Origin: Octopus sinensis
Taxonomy: Eukaryota
Length of the DNA: 64,000 nucleotides
Reading direction: 5' to 3'
NCBI RefSeq assembly: GCF_006345805.1
Contig: NC_043003.1
Coordinates: 72,974,001 to 73,038,000, forward strand
The position numbers and the translations under genes are program-made. Under the pieces are notes generated by a model. That model did not search any database. It saw only the letters and a program-made list of their open reading frames with translations, and was not told the DNA's origin. This document shows positions 26,641 to 39,450 of this stretch, in pieces (position 1 is the stretch's first letter; the number at the start of each line of letters is the position of its first letter).

Positions 26641-27725
26641 GGTTTGTTATTTATGTTAACATCTGTTGGTTAGCTAATTTTCACAACTGCTCACAGTTTC
26701 TCTTCTCTATCCCAAATAATTGTATCAGGCCTGTTGTACTTACATTTTATTGTGGTCTTCACTGGTACATTCCACCAGTATTCCTTTTTATTATGAGTAG
26801 CTATGACTTCTACCATATTGTGGCTTGTTATTTCTTTATCCTCGGTATTATCCTTCCGACGGATTTCATTATAGAGTGTCCTAGTTACAACATCATGTCA
26901 CATCGGTAGTTGATACCGTGATGACATTTTTAGACAACTGCTTATGATGTGGGTGATATATTCAGTGTGAAATCCACAAAGTCTGCGTCGGTTGTCACAT
27001 TTTACGGCTTTTCCTGCATCTTTATCACTTTTGTGCATCAGGTACTTGGTTGATATTTCTTGTTCAAGGTTTGCAAACGCATACCCTTCAAAACTTTGAT
27101 GATCGATGTTACAGTCATTACGGAGCTTTCTACTAACATATCCATGCATAGTCTTCTGCTTATATATGTTCATCCTTTCATCTGATGATACGTTGCGATA
27201 GAGTCGTGCGACTTCTTTGGGCATGTATTCTAGGTTATCAGACAGAGTGTTACTCAAAGAGCTGCTTTCAAGTCTTATAATGTTATTAGCCTCATGCATG
27301 CAAACTTCGCCTAGGGACACACTTCGACTCTTGGTTGTTAAAAGATGTTGCCGAAGAGATATGATGCGACATTCAAAGACATTTTGGATTCATGTTAATC
27401 CTCTTCCACCTTGTTTTCGTTTTAGGTAGAGTCGGTCTACGTCACTGTTTATGTGGAAATTATGTGTGCTTGTTAGCATTTTTCGGGTTATCACATCAAT
27501 GGCTCGGATCTCATCAAGCGTCCAATCAAGCAGCCCAAATGTTGGTATGAATACTGGCACTGCAAAAGAATTGTGGGCTATTATTTCTGAGGTCCAAATT
27601 TTCTCTATTCGGTTATAACATTCTTTAGTGGCACGTATACTGTTACAGGTGCCATTGTAAGATATATTTTCATTCCCCTCTAGAGAGCTGTAATATTCCT
27701 CGTCAGATATAGGGGAAATAGTCAA
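26640..27725 (-). mobile_element. R4/Dong-clade element, 3' part (RT end, zinc knuckle, restriction-like endonuclease)
   Basis: AHNSFAVPV..FGLLDWTLDEI..DV.TRKML..HINSDVDRLYLKRKQGGRGL; degenerate CCHC CDNRRRLC..EYITHIISSC; NKKEYWWNVPVKT..KYNRPDTIIWDREEK (PD-(D/E)XK endonuclease). Confidence 0.9.
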
Positions 27726-28623
27726 ATCATTGATTGAGATGTTACTAGTCTGGTTTACAGTGTTCCTCCTTTACACACACACTTTTACTCTTTTACTTGT
27801 TTCAATACCTGAGACTCAACAGTTACAACTGGGAGTGGGCTCTTGCTATTGTTCTCGTTTAATGATGCTCTTCATATTAGGGCAGCAGCTATATGATAAT
27901 TTCACTGAGTGACTGTTAAATATTTTCCCTGTGGCTGTGTTTTTCTGGAAAATGTTTGTCTAGGATAAACAGGAATACTTTACCTATGTTAGTTTTATAT
28001 TAAGCGAAAAGGGAGCAGGGCACAAACCAAATTACTTTCCTAGGTTTATTTTTAGGTCCATTATTGTTATATGCCTATTAGTATTAGAGGGGTTATATAA
28101 CAATTAATCCTTTAAGCCTCTATTGGTTAGGACATTCATGTAGTAGGCGACTGCCTTCTCGGAAATTTCTTTAGAAGAAAAGAAGTTAGATACTCTGTTA
28201 CTAATGTTAGCTATGAAGTTCAGGGAAATAACTCTAATTTCATACTACCTTTTGCTTCTTTCTTTCTGCTTTCTTTTCCGTTTTCTGTTTTTTCAACTAT
28301 CCACCTTTATATCTACTTATTTCTCACTTTATCTCGCTTTTTCTCTCATCCTATCGTCTTATTTTAGCATGTTATGCCGTGTGGGGAGTGCCTGAATATT
28401 GCGCTGACACATGATAAAAATACTGTTTGGCATGCTTTCATCGCATGAAACTCATAATAGCACTTAAAACATATATTTTGCTTATTAAACAATATTTAAC
28501 TCTCACCAGATGGAGTACTATTTTTGTTGATCTTACTATCACGGAACAGTACACTATGTGTGTGTGTGTGTTGCGTGTGTGTGTGTGTTGCGTGTGTGTG
28601 TGTGTGTTGCGTGTGTGTGTGTT

Positions 28624-28667
<44 letters not shown>

Positions 28668-29105
28668 AAAGTGTATGTGCGTCTGTTTCTAGGAACCCCA
28701 ACTATAAATGTAATATGCATTGATGCATGCACTTACTTGCGTATTTGGTGTTTATTGGTGTGTGCTTGTACGTGGGAGTTATTTGTTTGGGTCATCGACG
28801 AAGAACTGTCCTCTGAATCTTCATATTTCAAGAACATATACTTGCTTCGCTTGGAATTGTGTTTACGAGAATTTAATTGATGTGGGAGATGCACTATTCG
28901 TAGAAACATAGAAAGAAAAGAGAATGTGAAAAAGAGAGTAAGCGAAAGAGAAAGATATTGTTGTAATTAAGTCAGTGTTGCACACGTTATTTGTTGTCGT
29001 TGATTCTGTTCTTTGAGTTGGTGACGTTGTTGTAGTTGTATTTTCTTTCGTTGTACATTGTTATAATACCGTGGTCGTTAATTACACCATTCGTTTATTC
29101 AACAG

Positions 29106-29310
29106 TTAACTTTGATCAGTGACCACCCGCTGGTGCGTTACGAAGGAGCCAAATTTAAGGAAGAACGTTACATTCCGATCACAGTACCATCACCGGATAC
29201 AATCAGTACTAAGCGTACGTATTCACCTTGCTTGCTGGGTATGATAATTGCATTTGTTGCAGTTGTCACGGTAACGGCGATCACTCTAAGTGTCTTTTTA
29301 ACTATTTCAA
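29106..29310 (+). CDS. Exon of a type II single-pass membrane protein (cytoplasmic tail + TM helix), phase 0 to 1
   Basis: Acceptor TTTATTCAACAG at 29094-29105; open frame LTLISDHPLVRYEGAKFKEERYIP..RTYSPCLLGMIIAFVAVVTVTAITLSVFLTIS; donor A|GTAAGT at 29311; hydrophobic stretch of about 25 residues. Confidence 0.8.
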
Positions 29311-30329
29311 GTAAGTCACTATCAATACATCTTTCTTTTATCTATTACATTTCGCATGATGTTTATTTAATATAAGTGTCATTTTCCTTTTGCTCCTTTA
29401 TTTCTTTGATATACTCATATGTGTACATATGCATGTAAGTACATATATATTTGTGTATATGTGTGCACAGACTGTAGGTATATGTGCATGTATGTATATG
29501 TGAGTGTATATATACATATGTATATGTATATATATATACATTCATACTTACATGCACACACACACAGATTGTGACTGAAGGTGACGAAGCATCTACATTG
29601 CAAGAAATGAGTTAAGATCTCTTAATGCTGTAAGAAGTGTGCAATATATATCCACCGAGAGGGGAGATACCGCCCCATGTGCCTCTTTAAGATGACTAGA
29701 TTAGACTAATTATACCTATCAGTCGTTGGCTCGTAGGTAGGGACTATTCAAACGCTCGATAGTTTTGCTAAATCCGTCTGTCAGTATATATATTTTTACC
29801 ATAAAAATTAATGGCTGATTTAGCAAAATGTCAATGTATATATTTAAAATTAATATAAACAGCTGGGCACAATATAATACAATAGAGGAAAAATTCTATC
29901 GTCATTACTTGCCACTGAGGGTGGCGGAGCACCTATATTGCAAGAAATAAGTGTTAAAAACTAATTTATTGTACGCTTCTTACAGCGTTAAGGGATTTCT
30001 GGTAACATAGGTGCTTCAGTACCGTCAGTCACAATTAGCGAAGAAAAACATTTTCCTTTTTGGTATTATATTGCGCCTAGCTGCTTATATTAATTTATAT
30101 ATAGGCACGGGAATGAGTGTGTGGTAAGAAACTTGCTTCCCAACAATATAGTTCCGGGTTCATTCCTACTGTGTGGCATCTTGGGCAAGTACTTTCTGGT
30201 ATAGCCTCGGGCAGACCAAAGACTTGTGAGTGGATTTCATGCACTAATTTTTATTCTTCTGCATTTCCCCCCCAGTAAACTAACATTTGACGTTTCGAAG
30301 AAAATTTCGAAAGTAAGAAGTAGTGACTT

Positions 30330-31560
30330 CTCTTGAAAATCCATAAAGTTTGGCATCATGGTGTTATCTAAAAGTATTCAGCCTCCAAGAACATTCGTGC
30401 TGACACGGTTGCTACATTAAGGAATGACACCCCCAGCATTATTAACAGTGCTAAAGTGGGTGGCTGAATTTAGGAGGGGAAGAGGGAGTCTTGAAGATGA
30501 CCTAAAACTGCCACTACCGAGGAAAACGTTGATCATGTTCACCACATGGTGATGGATGACAGTGAGGGACTAGCCAATGCTATAAATGAATTAGCCAATG
30601 CTATTAGCGTATCCTGTGACAGAGTTGAGAATATTCCACGCAATGAACTTGGCATGACGAAGTCGGGTACCACGTCTTCTTATGCCTGGTCAAAAGCGTA
30701 CCTGCCTGATCACATCGCAGGAAAATCTGAAAATATTTGAGGCAGATCCAGCATGGCCAAGTAGTTAGAGCAGCGGACTCGCGGTCGAGGGATCGCGGGT
30801 TCGAACCTCAGACCGGGCGATGTATGTGTTTATGAGCAAAACACCTAAGCTCCACGCGGCTCCGGCAGAAGGTAATGGCGAACTTCTGCTGACTCTTTCG
30901 CCACAACTTTCTCTCACTGTTTCCTCCTGCATCTTGCAGCTAACCTGCGACGGACCGGCGTCTCGTCCTGTTGGGGAACCTAAACGCCAAGGAAACTGGG
31001 AAACCAGCCCTTATGAGTCAGGCATGGCTCGAGAAGGAACAAACAAACAGCTGGTTTATTTAACAAACAAACAGCTGGTTTATTTAACGTTTCCTAAGCC
31101 AGAATGAGCCAGAAAAAGAGAGATAATCCATGCAATGGTAACAAACCTCCTCACGGGCTCCAAAGAAAGCCAACGTAGTTTCATCTGTAGGGAAATTTAT
31201 GGCCTTAGTTTTGGGGAATGCAAAAGGTATTCTGTTTATTGACAATATTCAAAAGGGCCACACAATCAATGCCAACTTGTTGAGGTTGTCATGAATGGCG
31301 ATCAAGACTAAACTACCTGGAAAACTGGACAATGCTCTATGACCAAGTCCTTGGTTTCAATGGCTGCTGTGCGTGACTGTAGCTTTGACCTGGTTGATTA
31401 GTTTCCTTATTTTCCTGATTTGGCTCCATCTAACTATCATCTGTTCCCCAACATGAAAAACACTTATCTGGGAAACAGTATCGCAGTAATGCTAACGTAT
31501 CTGCGGTTAAAAAATGTTTTTGACGAACCGGATGAAAGGTTGAAAAATAAACTTCATTTG
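30330..31560 (+). mobile_element. Decayed mariner transposase, interrupted by a SINE
   Basis: ..VLKWVAEFRRGRGSLEDD..TTEENVDHVHHMVMDD..NELGMTK; after the SINE, ..PKKA.V..SVGK.MA.VFG.AKGIL..SPDLAPS.YHLFPNMK. Confidence 0.85.
30738..31090 (+). mobile_element. tRNA-derived SINE nested in the mariner
   Basis: Head GCATGGCCAAGTAGTTAGAGCAGCGGACTCGCGG..GGTTCGAACCTCAGACCGGG (same family as 20130-20518); tail CTCGAGAAGGAACAAAC with a duplicated ~20-bp end. Confidence 0.85.
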
Positions 31561-32191
31561 GTCACGTTCCATGGGAGCACCTTGGTTAGCGTATGAAAGT
31601 TACCGCTGACCCACGTATATATATATATATATACACACATACATACACACACACAAACATACACACACACAAACATACACACATATATATACATAGCGAG
31701 AAATTGAGGTTGTAAGAAGTAATGGTGTCGTTGAGACCCAAAGGTGTCAAGTAATGCTGAATAAATGCTGAATAGACAGACTATAGTTAAGTTCCAGTTT
31801 AAGGGATTTTGCGAATAAGAGGTTCAACGTTGGTCATGTATCATCGTGTGTATATAAGAATTTTTTGCGTATTGAGATAAAAAACACTAAGGCTGTGTAG
31901 ATATTAGAACATTTATAGATAGAAGGTCTTTCAGCTGTTTCCAGGATATTTATTAATTATATCCCTTCAACGGAGACAGTGTGAGAGGATGGTTAAGTCA
32001 TAGTTAGTTTAGATGTGATACAAAATAGAGAGTGAGGTGGAGGAAAGAAAATAGATGTGAGATATTTTCTATTTTCTTTCCTCCACCTCACTCTCTATTT
32101 TGTATTCTATCTGAATTTACTATTACTTAACCATCCTCTCATATATAAATATTATATATATATGTATATAGATATGTGTGTGTGTGTATAT

Positions 32192-32227
<36 letters not shown>

Positions 32228-33529
32228 ATAATACACACACACACACAAACGTATATATGTATATGTTTATAAGTATATCTATCTATCTCTCAGTTTGTCA
32301 ATCTATCTACCTATCTCTCTATATCGATGGTACGTAATATGAAACTTCCAAGTTACTTTAGACATGTCCATACACACACACACGCGTGCGCGCACGCACA
32401 CACCATGTGTATGTGTGTGCATGTGTGTATTTAAGCATGAATATAGGCGTGTATATATACAAACATATGCTTAGATACACAAACAAAGAGAAAATACTCC
32501 ATAAGTTTAGCAGGAGATTTCTTTATTTTAAGCTGATGATTCAATTTATTGGAATCAGAATGACTGGCTTTCAGACGATAACATACGAATGGAAGGACCT
32601 AGGCAACTCTACTGAGTTAAATTACGAGGAAAGTTAAATTAGTTGAAATTATTCAACTCCGTTGGTCAGCGTTAGGTAGGTTACAAAAGTATGTGGTAAC
32701 ATAGGGCTGATGGCCTGTTGATCATTGGAGGATAAACGTAAAAATAGTTTATTTGATACTTATGATTGTTGGGAAAGACAGCGGCGCTTTACTTATATAG
32801 TGAAAAATATCTTCTAATGGGTGTTGCGGGGTGTTTATGGCAATAATATGAGTCGCTGTATGGCTGTGTAGCCTAAAGTGAACTTTTTCTGCTAAAATTT
32901 CTCAAAAGTTTAGCTTTCTTTTTACATATGAAAATGCTTTGCTTCTCAGCTATCATAAATTGCATCTCTTTGATCCTTTGCGTTTTGACAACGTTCTTTA
33001 TAAGTTTAATCAATCAGTCATTCAATCAATCTATCAATATCATTCAATCAATCTATCAATATCATTCAGTCAATCCATCATTGAATATATCAGTCAATAA
33101 GCGAATCAATCAAGGAATCAATCTGTCAACAGAGAAATCACTCAAGGTGCTAATCAATAAATTGATTATTGTGTTAATCAATAAATTAATAAATGAACCT
33201 CTGATATATTTAAAGGATGTATAATAATTATGTCAATTCTTTGATTTTCCATTTTCCTAATCAGGTGTATTTATTAAATAGTGATTAACCCAGCTATCAC
33301 TAATGAACTACACCTTTCAAAACTATACATTGAGGAATTTAAATTAATGAAGACACATACACTGGCTTTGCTAATTACTGTCAAATACTCGCATGGTACC
33401 TCTTTAGACCACGACAGATTAGGCCAATGAGACTTTAATTTCATCCTATATGTTAATGCGTTAAATAATAATCTTCCTCTCGTAGAATGTTGAACAATTA
33501 TATGTAAATTTCATAATTACTTATATTAC

Positions 33530-34150
33530 TCATTTCTTCTATATTTTCACAGGTCACAACATAGATGACAATGGCGAGTATTTTTCATTTTCCTTTAAAT
33601 CCGAAACATTTTGGTCAATTTATGTTAAGGGTCATTTCGCCATTTTGTATCCCACAGACAACATTGTCGAACGTGAATCCCAGTACTTTTCTACATAATA
33701 ACATGATTTGGTTATGATGTCTTTCATGTCGAATGACCGCTTAGTCTTTCCCGTTTACTGATGTAGTGTGTTGCGTTGCTTGGTATTCTATTATGGAACA
33801 GGTTATCTAATATTCTTTAGATAATGTCTAAAAAGTTTAGGACACTAGGGATTATTTTTGGTTAGGTTCGGTAGATGAAAGGCAAATCTTTTCCTCTTTC
33901 TCACTGTCTGAATTGTAGTGTATCTGTCGGTGTAGCACTTCCCTCAGGAGAAAGTACTCAATGCAAACCAACTAACGAGAAATTAATTGTCCCTGTTTAT
34001 AGTAACGAAATACATGATCCTGTGATACTTATTAACAGCCAAATAGACACAGTCACAACAGGTTACTTTCACAATGGGCCAAAATATAAAAGAAGCACTA
34101 GTGAGGGGCAAGACCCGGACTCATGTATTGCTTATTGTAATTAGTTTCGA
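33530..34150 (-). mobile_element. Old Penelope-like remnant (thumb/linker + GIY motif)
   Basis: Minus strand gives KDLPFI..NNP (~33850-33895) and AIVIYVVTCEN (~33545-33580), matching Penelope LPFISTYNPNNP and VIYxxTC. Confidence 0.5.
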
Positions 34151-34802
34151 CTAGTGAAACATGTATCTATTATTTGGCGTCATTACTATGTAAACGCTAA
34201 TAATTCAGAACAATGAACAAAGGCATTCGGACCATGGTCATTTGACCCTTTTTCTGTGTTCCTACATTCAATATGTCATTTTTAAGACGGGCAGGGTGTG
34301 GTTTGAGGAAGATTTAATAGTTATTCATAGGGTGTAAGCTAACCGCTAGATGTTCTCTCATTGGCGGAAATATTTGTTGCAGAATACAATGAGTATCAGA
34401 GTCAGCAGAGCGGCAGAAAATTGCATTTTGAGTTCCATCAAGGTTAACTTAGTTTTCATCGCTATTGCAACGATAAAAAAATTGCCTGCTTTCTGACCTT
34501 TATAAGGCAGCATTCCTCTTCATTGCGAAATCTCTATGTGTTCATATTTTAATTGCAAATCTCAATTTGCGAACTCACTTTGGTTTGAAATCATATCTTG
34601 ATTTAAAAATCTCTATATGTATTCACAGTTATGACAAAAAGTTAATATACATAGACTTAGTTCGGTTTAAAATCTCTATATAGAACCATAATTTTGTTTA
34701 AAAAAACCCAGAAAGGCAAAAACCATGAAAATTGTGTTATTTTCAAAAGAAGATTTCTTTAAAAAAACATGACAGCTAATCCTAACATTTTTACATTTTA
34801 AC

Positions 34803-34803
34803 A

Positions 34804-34895
<92 letters not shown>

Positions 34896-36324
34896 CTGTC
34901 TGTCTGTCTGTCTATATGTCTGTGAAAGTGAGGTTGTGTGTATGTGTGTGTGTAAACACACATAACATCTGATGTTCACAGCTGATTTTCTCCAGACTGG
35001 GGATGATGCATTACTTATGTTCCAGAGATGGTTTTAGACTCTTAAAATTTTTCACATAATGAGTAACGGGCCCTCTGCGGTCAGAAAACACCGTTACCTG
35101 GGGTACGTGGTGAAGGGTGGTAACTCTTTGCGAAGTAACTTTCAGAAATTGATTGTCACCCTTACATCCATCGGTAAAAAAATTATCACAACCTCATTTG
35201 GCTGTGTAAAAGAGCAATACTATATGTCAATTGATGTAATTCTAGATCCAGGAGAGGTGGTAAATTACCCAACAGAATTTCTCAATTCATTGGAGCCTTT
35301 AGGACTACTTCCCCACTGGTTGGAACTGAAAGTGGAAACTCCAGTAATGTCATTGAGAAATTTGGATCCGCCAACACTCTGCAGTGGGACACACCTGGTG
35401 GTAAAGAAGATGATGTCACATGTTATTGAGGTCCCATTTTCTCTGGATGTGGAAAAGGAGAGGATGTTTTTATAACCAGATTTCCTCTTATTCCACTGGG
35501 AGCAGAAATTCCTTTTTCATTCAGAAGAGTGCAACTTTCTATTCGTATCAGCTTCGCAATGTCTATCAATAAATCCCAGGGTCGAACACTGTCTATGGTA
35601 GAATTTCACTTGGAAGAGTTATGCTTCTCACACGAGCAATTGAATGTTAGCTGCTCTAGAGTGAGAAGCAAAAATATCTAGGAATATTGTTTACCAAAAG
35701 GTTTGTAGGAGTTACTACATCCTACGATGCACTCCAGTATCTAATACTCTTTGTGAACGGTAAAGATGGATAGCATTTCAGCATAACACGAACAAACCCG
35801 AAGGCTGCATCAACAAAGCTGTTTCCTGCATGGACTTCAGTATCAAAGGATATTCTCCAATTACACCAACCACGCGGTATTCATTCAAGTAATTCATTAC
35901 TATATATTCTGCATAGGCTCAGTTTATGTTTTTTATTCTACAGCAACATCAGAAATCCAATGTTAACCTTTCGCCTTCTGCAACATTAAAACAGTTCACT
36001 TCCCCGTTGCCGGCCCCCATTGCAGCCCCTTACCGAAATTAACCAATTTACGTACAATATCTCCATCACACCTACACTCATTCGACAGTCAACCATACAA
36101 TGGGCCATATTAGACGCAGCGCCGACCACCGCAAAGGAGAGTATATCCACTGACAGCTTTTCAGTGCATTTAATAATCACACACACCCCACACCCAATTT
36201 TCCATGACCAGTTAGGGCCTGGTATCCTCCAAACGCTTAGTCGAATTAGCCCATCATTTACTCCACAAATGTTTTGTTGCCGCCAATGCTGCATTTTACG
36301 GTATCACATGTTTCAACATAGCTG

Positions 36325-36391
<67 letters not shown>

Positions 36392-36435
36392 AACTATGCT
36401 ATTTAATCCCGAGCAATGTCCGGTGTCTCTGCTAG
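34803..36435 (+). mobile_element. Helitron derivative carrying a PIF1-like helicase C-terminal fragment
   Basis: Starts in a TCTATC tract and ends CCCGAGCAATGTCCGG-TGTCTCTG-CTAG|T; 35200-35700 encodes VNYPTEFLNSLEP.GL.PH.LELKV..PVM.LRNLDPP.LC.GT.LVVK and, after a frameshift, IPF.FRRVQ..IRISFAMSINKSQG.TL. Confidence 0.9.
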
Positions 36436-36839
36436 TTAAGTATAATTGAGTGAATTATTCTATTGGCTAGTAGAGAGTGATGTTTTTGGTTAACTTCACT
36501 TAAAATAGCAACCAAATTTTCCTTCCTAAAACCACGCTCTATTGTCAGAAAGAACACATTGGGTAATGCAGTCGCCCAGGGAAAGTGTAGGATAATCTTA
36601 GCTGGAAAGCCTTTAACTATGGATTTCGCTAACCAGGACTCATCAGGGTTTAAATAACAACGGCAGCAGTGGCAACAACAACAACAACAAACAAACAACA
36701 ACAACAACAACAGACGATGATGATGATAACAATTTCAACCGTAATAATGTAGCTGAAATGTCCATGTTGTTGCCGTTGTTTATGCAGTTAGAAGCATGTG
36801 TTAACTTCTGAATGATTTACTTTTCAATCTATTTTCTAG

Positions 36840-36949
36840 GAACGTCTTTCAACATGTCTTTAAGTGTGGAAAACAGGAAGTTTATACCGGAAATGACAAA
36901 CATGTCATCAACTGTGTCTCAACAATTTTCTCAACAAATATGCAGATCG
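36840..36949 (+). CDS. SEA-domain N-terminal exon of the type II membrane protein, phase 1 to 0
   Basis: Acceptor TCTATTTTCTAG|, donor TCG|GTAAGT; TSFNMSLSVENRKFIPEMTNMSSTVSQQFSQQICRS fits the SEA start pattern (F..sl.i.n..f...l.n.sS..f..l...i); phase-compatible with the TM exon. Confidence 0.75.
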
Positions 36950-37549
36950 GTAAGTTCTTTTATTGTCGACATACGAATTTTAACGCACAATAAGTTAAAT
37001 TACTTAAACAGCAAAAAAAAAAAAGTCTAACTCTTCTCCTCCCTATTGCTTGTATTTACAGGTTTCTATGTAAAGCATTTAACTTCTAGGATTCGAGTAT
37101 CTGAAATATATATATGTAAACATATATCTTTTCTTTCATGCTATCTTCACATACCATATTCTCCATTCTTTACTTCTGAAATGTCTATACCACCAGGAAA
37201 CAGGTTAAGAATTCAAGGGCATTTTCCCAGAAATATAAAGAATACTACATACAAAGTATATATTTGATGGTGCAAGCTGAAATTTTTCAAAATACATTTA
37301 ATGGACAAGAGGTTGATCGGCGACGAAATCACAAATGCAACATATACGGAAGTTGTCACCGTACTACAAACCTCTAGACTGAGTCCTTCTACATAATGTT
37401 TAATTAAATTTAGTGAATGTAAATTTCGGTGATTGTCTCTCCCACCTTCTTAACAATGACTGGATCTTCACATTATGGATATAAATTCAATTATTAGATC
37501 TCTGTATTAAATATGTTGGTGCTCACTTTATGAGCGACCATTGTAGACT

Positions 37550-38750
37550 TAACGTAAACAGCTACAAACATAGATTGACGTTACACATTAAAACGGATAT
37601 TTTTGCAAAAATAATCATATAGCAAAATACAAACCCAAGTAAACATGTTAAACAAACATTCAGAGGCAGGCAGAAAATTTACATCCCAATGTGTAGTAAA
37701 ATCAGTAACGAGAAGAAATAAATATAACACGAAGAGACAGATACTACAGAAATGCATTACATGAAGTACCTGAACTGAAAGAATACTTCCCGAAACAACA
37801 AATCGCAAAAATCCCTCCGCCATCGTGATGAATAGCAACAACTAGATTTTGAAGAAAACAGTTTGATATCAAACCCAAACATTTTTTACGAACAACTGCA
37901 TAGAAATATAGAGATCAATACAGCGCCAACAGCAAGACAAGTAGAATAATTTAGGAGTGCAGGATAGAGAGTGAAGGAATTGTCATACACACTACTACTG
38001 AAAACAAAATGTGCAGCGAAAATAATATAAGATGTTGTTTAGTTATCACAGAACAGGTACAACTGGTAGGCACCTAGAAATGAGATTTATCTTGATTAAC
38101 TTGTTTCATTGTTTAACACAATGTTCTTCCAAAATTATTCAATGATCTACTGAAATGGCTCTGGAAAACCAATAACCTGCCTGCCTACAGTATACAAAGC
38201 CTAAACAGCAATAATATTGCAAAAATTATATCTTTTAAACGTAACTCGCTTCGAGAACTGACAGGATACCGAAATGCATCATTTACTTGTAAATATCAAT
38301 TATTGATCAGACAAAGCCATTACTGAGAATTACAGTAAGAAAGAAAATGGTTTTGAGACTGGTGAAGTCGATTGATGGAAAGCCTTTAACAGTGTTACAA
38401 ATGCATCAATTCTGGAAAAATCAGCCATTACCAAGAGAGCACCAATAGTAAGCAGGTACATCAAAAGATCTTGAGTAAATGGTATTTAATTCTACAGATA
38501 CAAACAAAAAGATTAGTAGTGGAATATTCGAAAATTTTCATATTTCCTTCCTGTCAGATGATAGGAGAATATTTAAATATATTTTGCCTCGATTATAAAA
38601 AAAACATACGAGCTAACAAGCGAAGGTTTACTTCGGGTAAAGTTGTATTTAAGTTTAAAATGAGAAGGTTTTTATGTTCGTATACCGCGTCGCCTTTGGA
38701 ATTATGATTCTCACAGAGAGAAGATTTTTGTCTTTGTTAGGTAAAAATGG
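37550..38750 (+). mobile_element. Very decayed R4/Dong-like LINE remnant
   Basis: WKA..V.N..WK near 38385-38420, and CTC GAT TAT AAA AAA A ACA TAC GAG (LDYKK-[fs]-TYE, i.e. RT 'LDYKKAYD') at ~38588-38615. Confidence 0.45.
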
Positions 38751-39242
38751 GGAAATAGAGAAGAAGTATTGGAAATACTAACGAATGAGTTACTGCACAT
38801 GTGAGCGAAGGAAATGACTGGTAGGAGAAAAGAAAGAATTTGTAGGAGAGTGAGGTTGGTGAGAAATGAGAAAAAAAGTGAGACGGAGTTTTAATCCATG
38901 TAAATTAAAAATTTATTGTTGGTCTTTTGAACGTCATTGCCTCAAATTTACACTAAATAATATTGTTCCTCTACTTTCAAGATTTAATCACTACTTCCTT
39001 CAGACTTTTATTTACTCGCCCCTTTCAATTTCTTTCTCTCCTTCATTCTCTCACTTTCTTTCTCCAGCCACTTCTTTTGCGGTAACTACCTTTTTCCCTT
39101 TTCCCTTTTCCCCTTTTCTCAGTAAATGTCCTCCATTTCTATGCACGCATTTACTAAGGACAATTAAAAGAGATTTAATCCCTATTCCCTAAAATATAGT
39201 TGTTTCGAAACACATCGATATATATACTTTACTGTATTTCTC

Positions 39243-39295
<53 letters not shown>

Positions 39296-39409
39296 TACAT
39301 GTGTGTGTGTGTGTATGTGTGTGTACATAAATTCATACGTACATTCATACATATATATATATATATATATGCCTTGCAATGCACACATATACATGTGTTT
39401 TTATGTGTG

Positions 39410-39450
<41 letters not shown>

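Noticed and set aside
33875-34144. 89-aa + strand ORF with a possible phase 1-1 exon (~33938-34062)
   Set aside because: It is antisense to a Penelope remnant (LPFI..NNP on -), has a weak donor and has no recognisable domain.
38558-38636. Candidate exon MIGEYLNIFCLDYKKNIRANKRRFTSG with an SEA-like 'FTSGKVVF'
   Set aside because: LDYKK followed, after a 1-nt shift, by TYE matches the R4/Dong RT motif LDYKKAYD, and other RT-like motifs lie just upstream; a LINE relic is more parsimonious.
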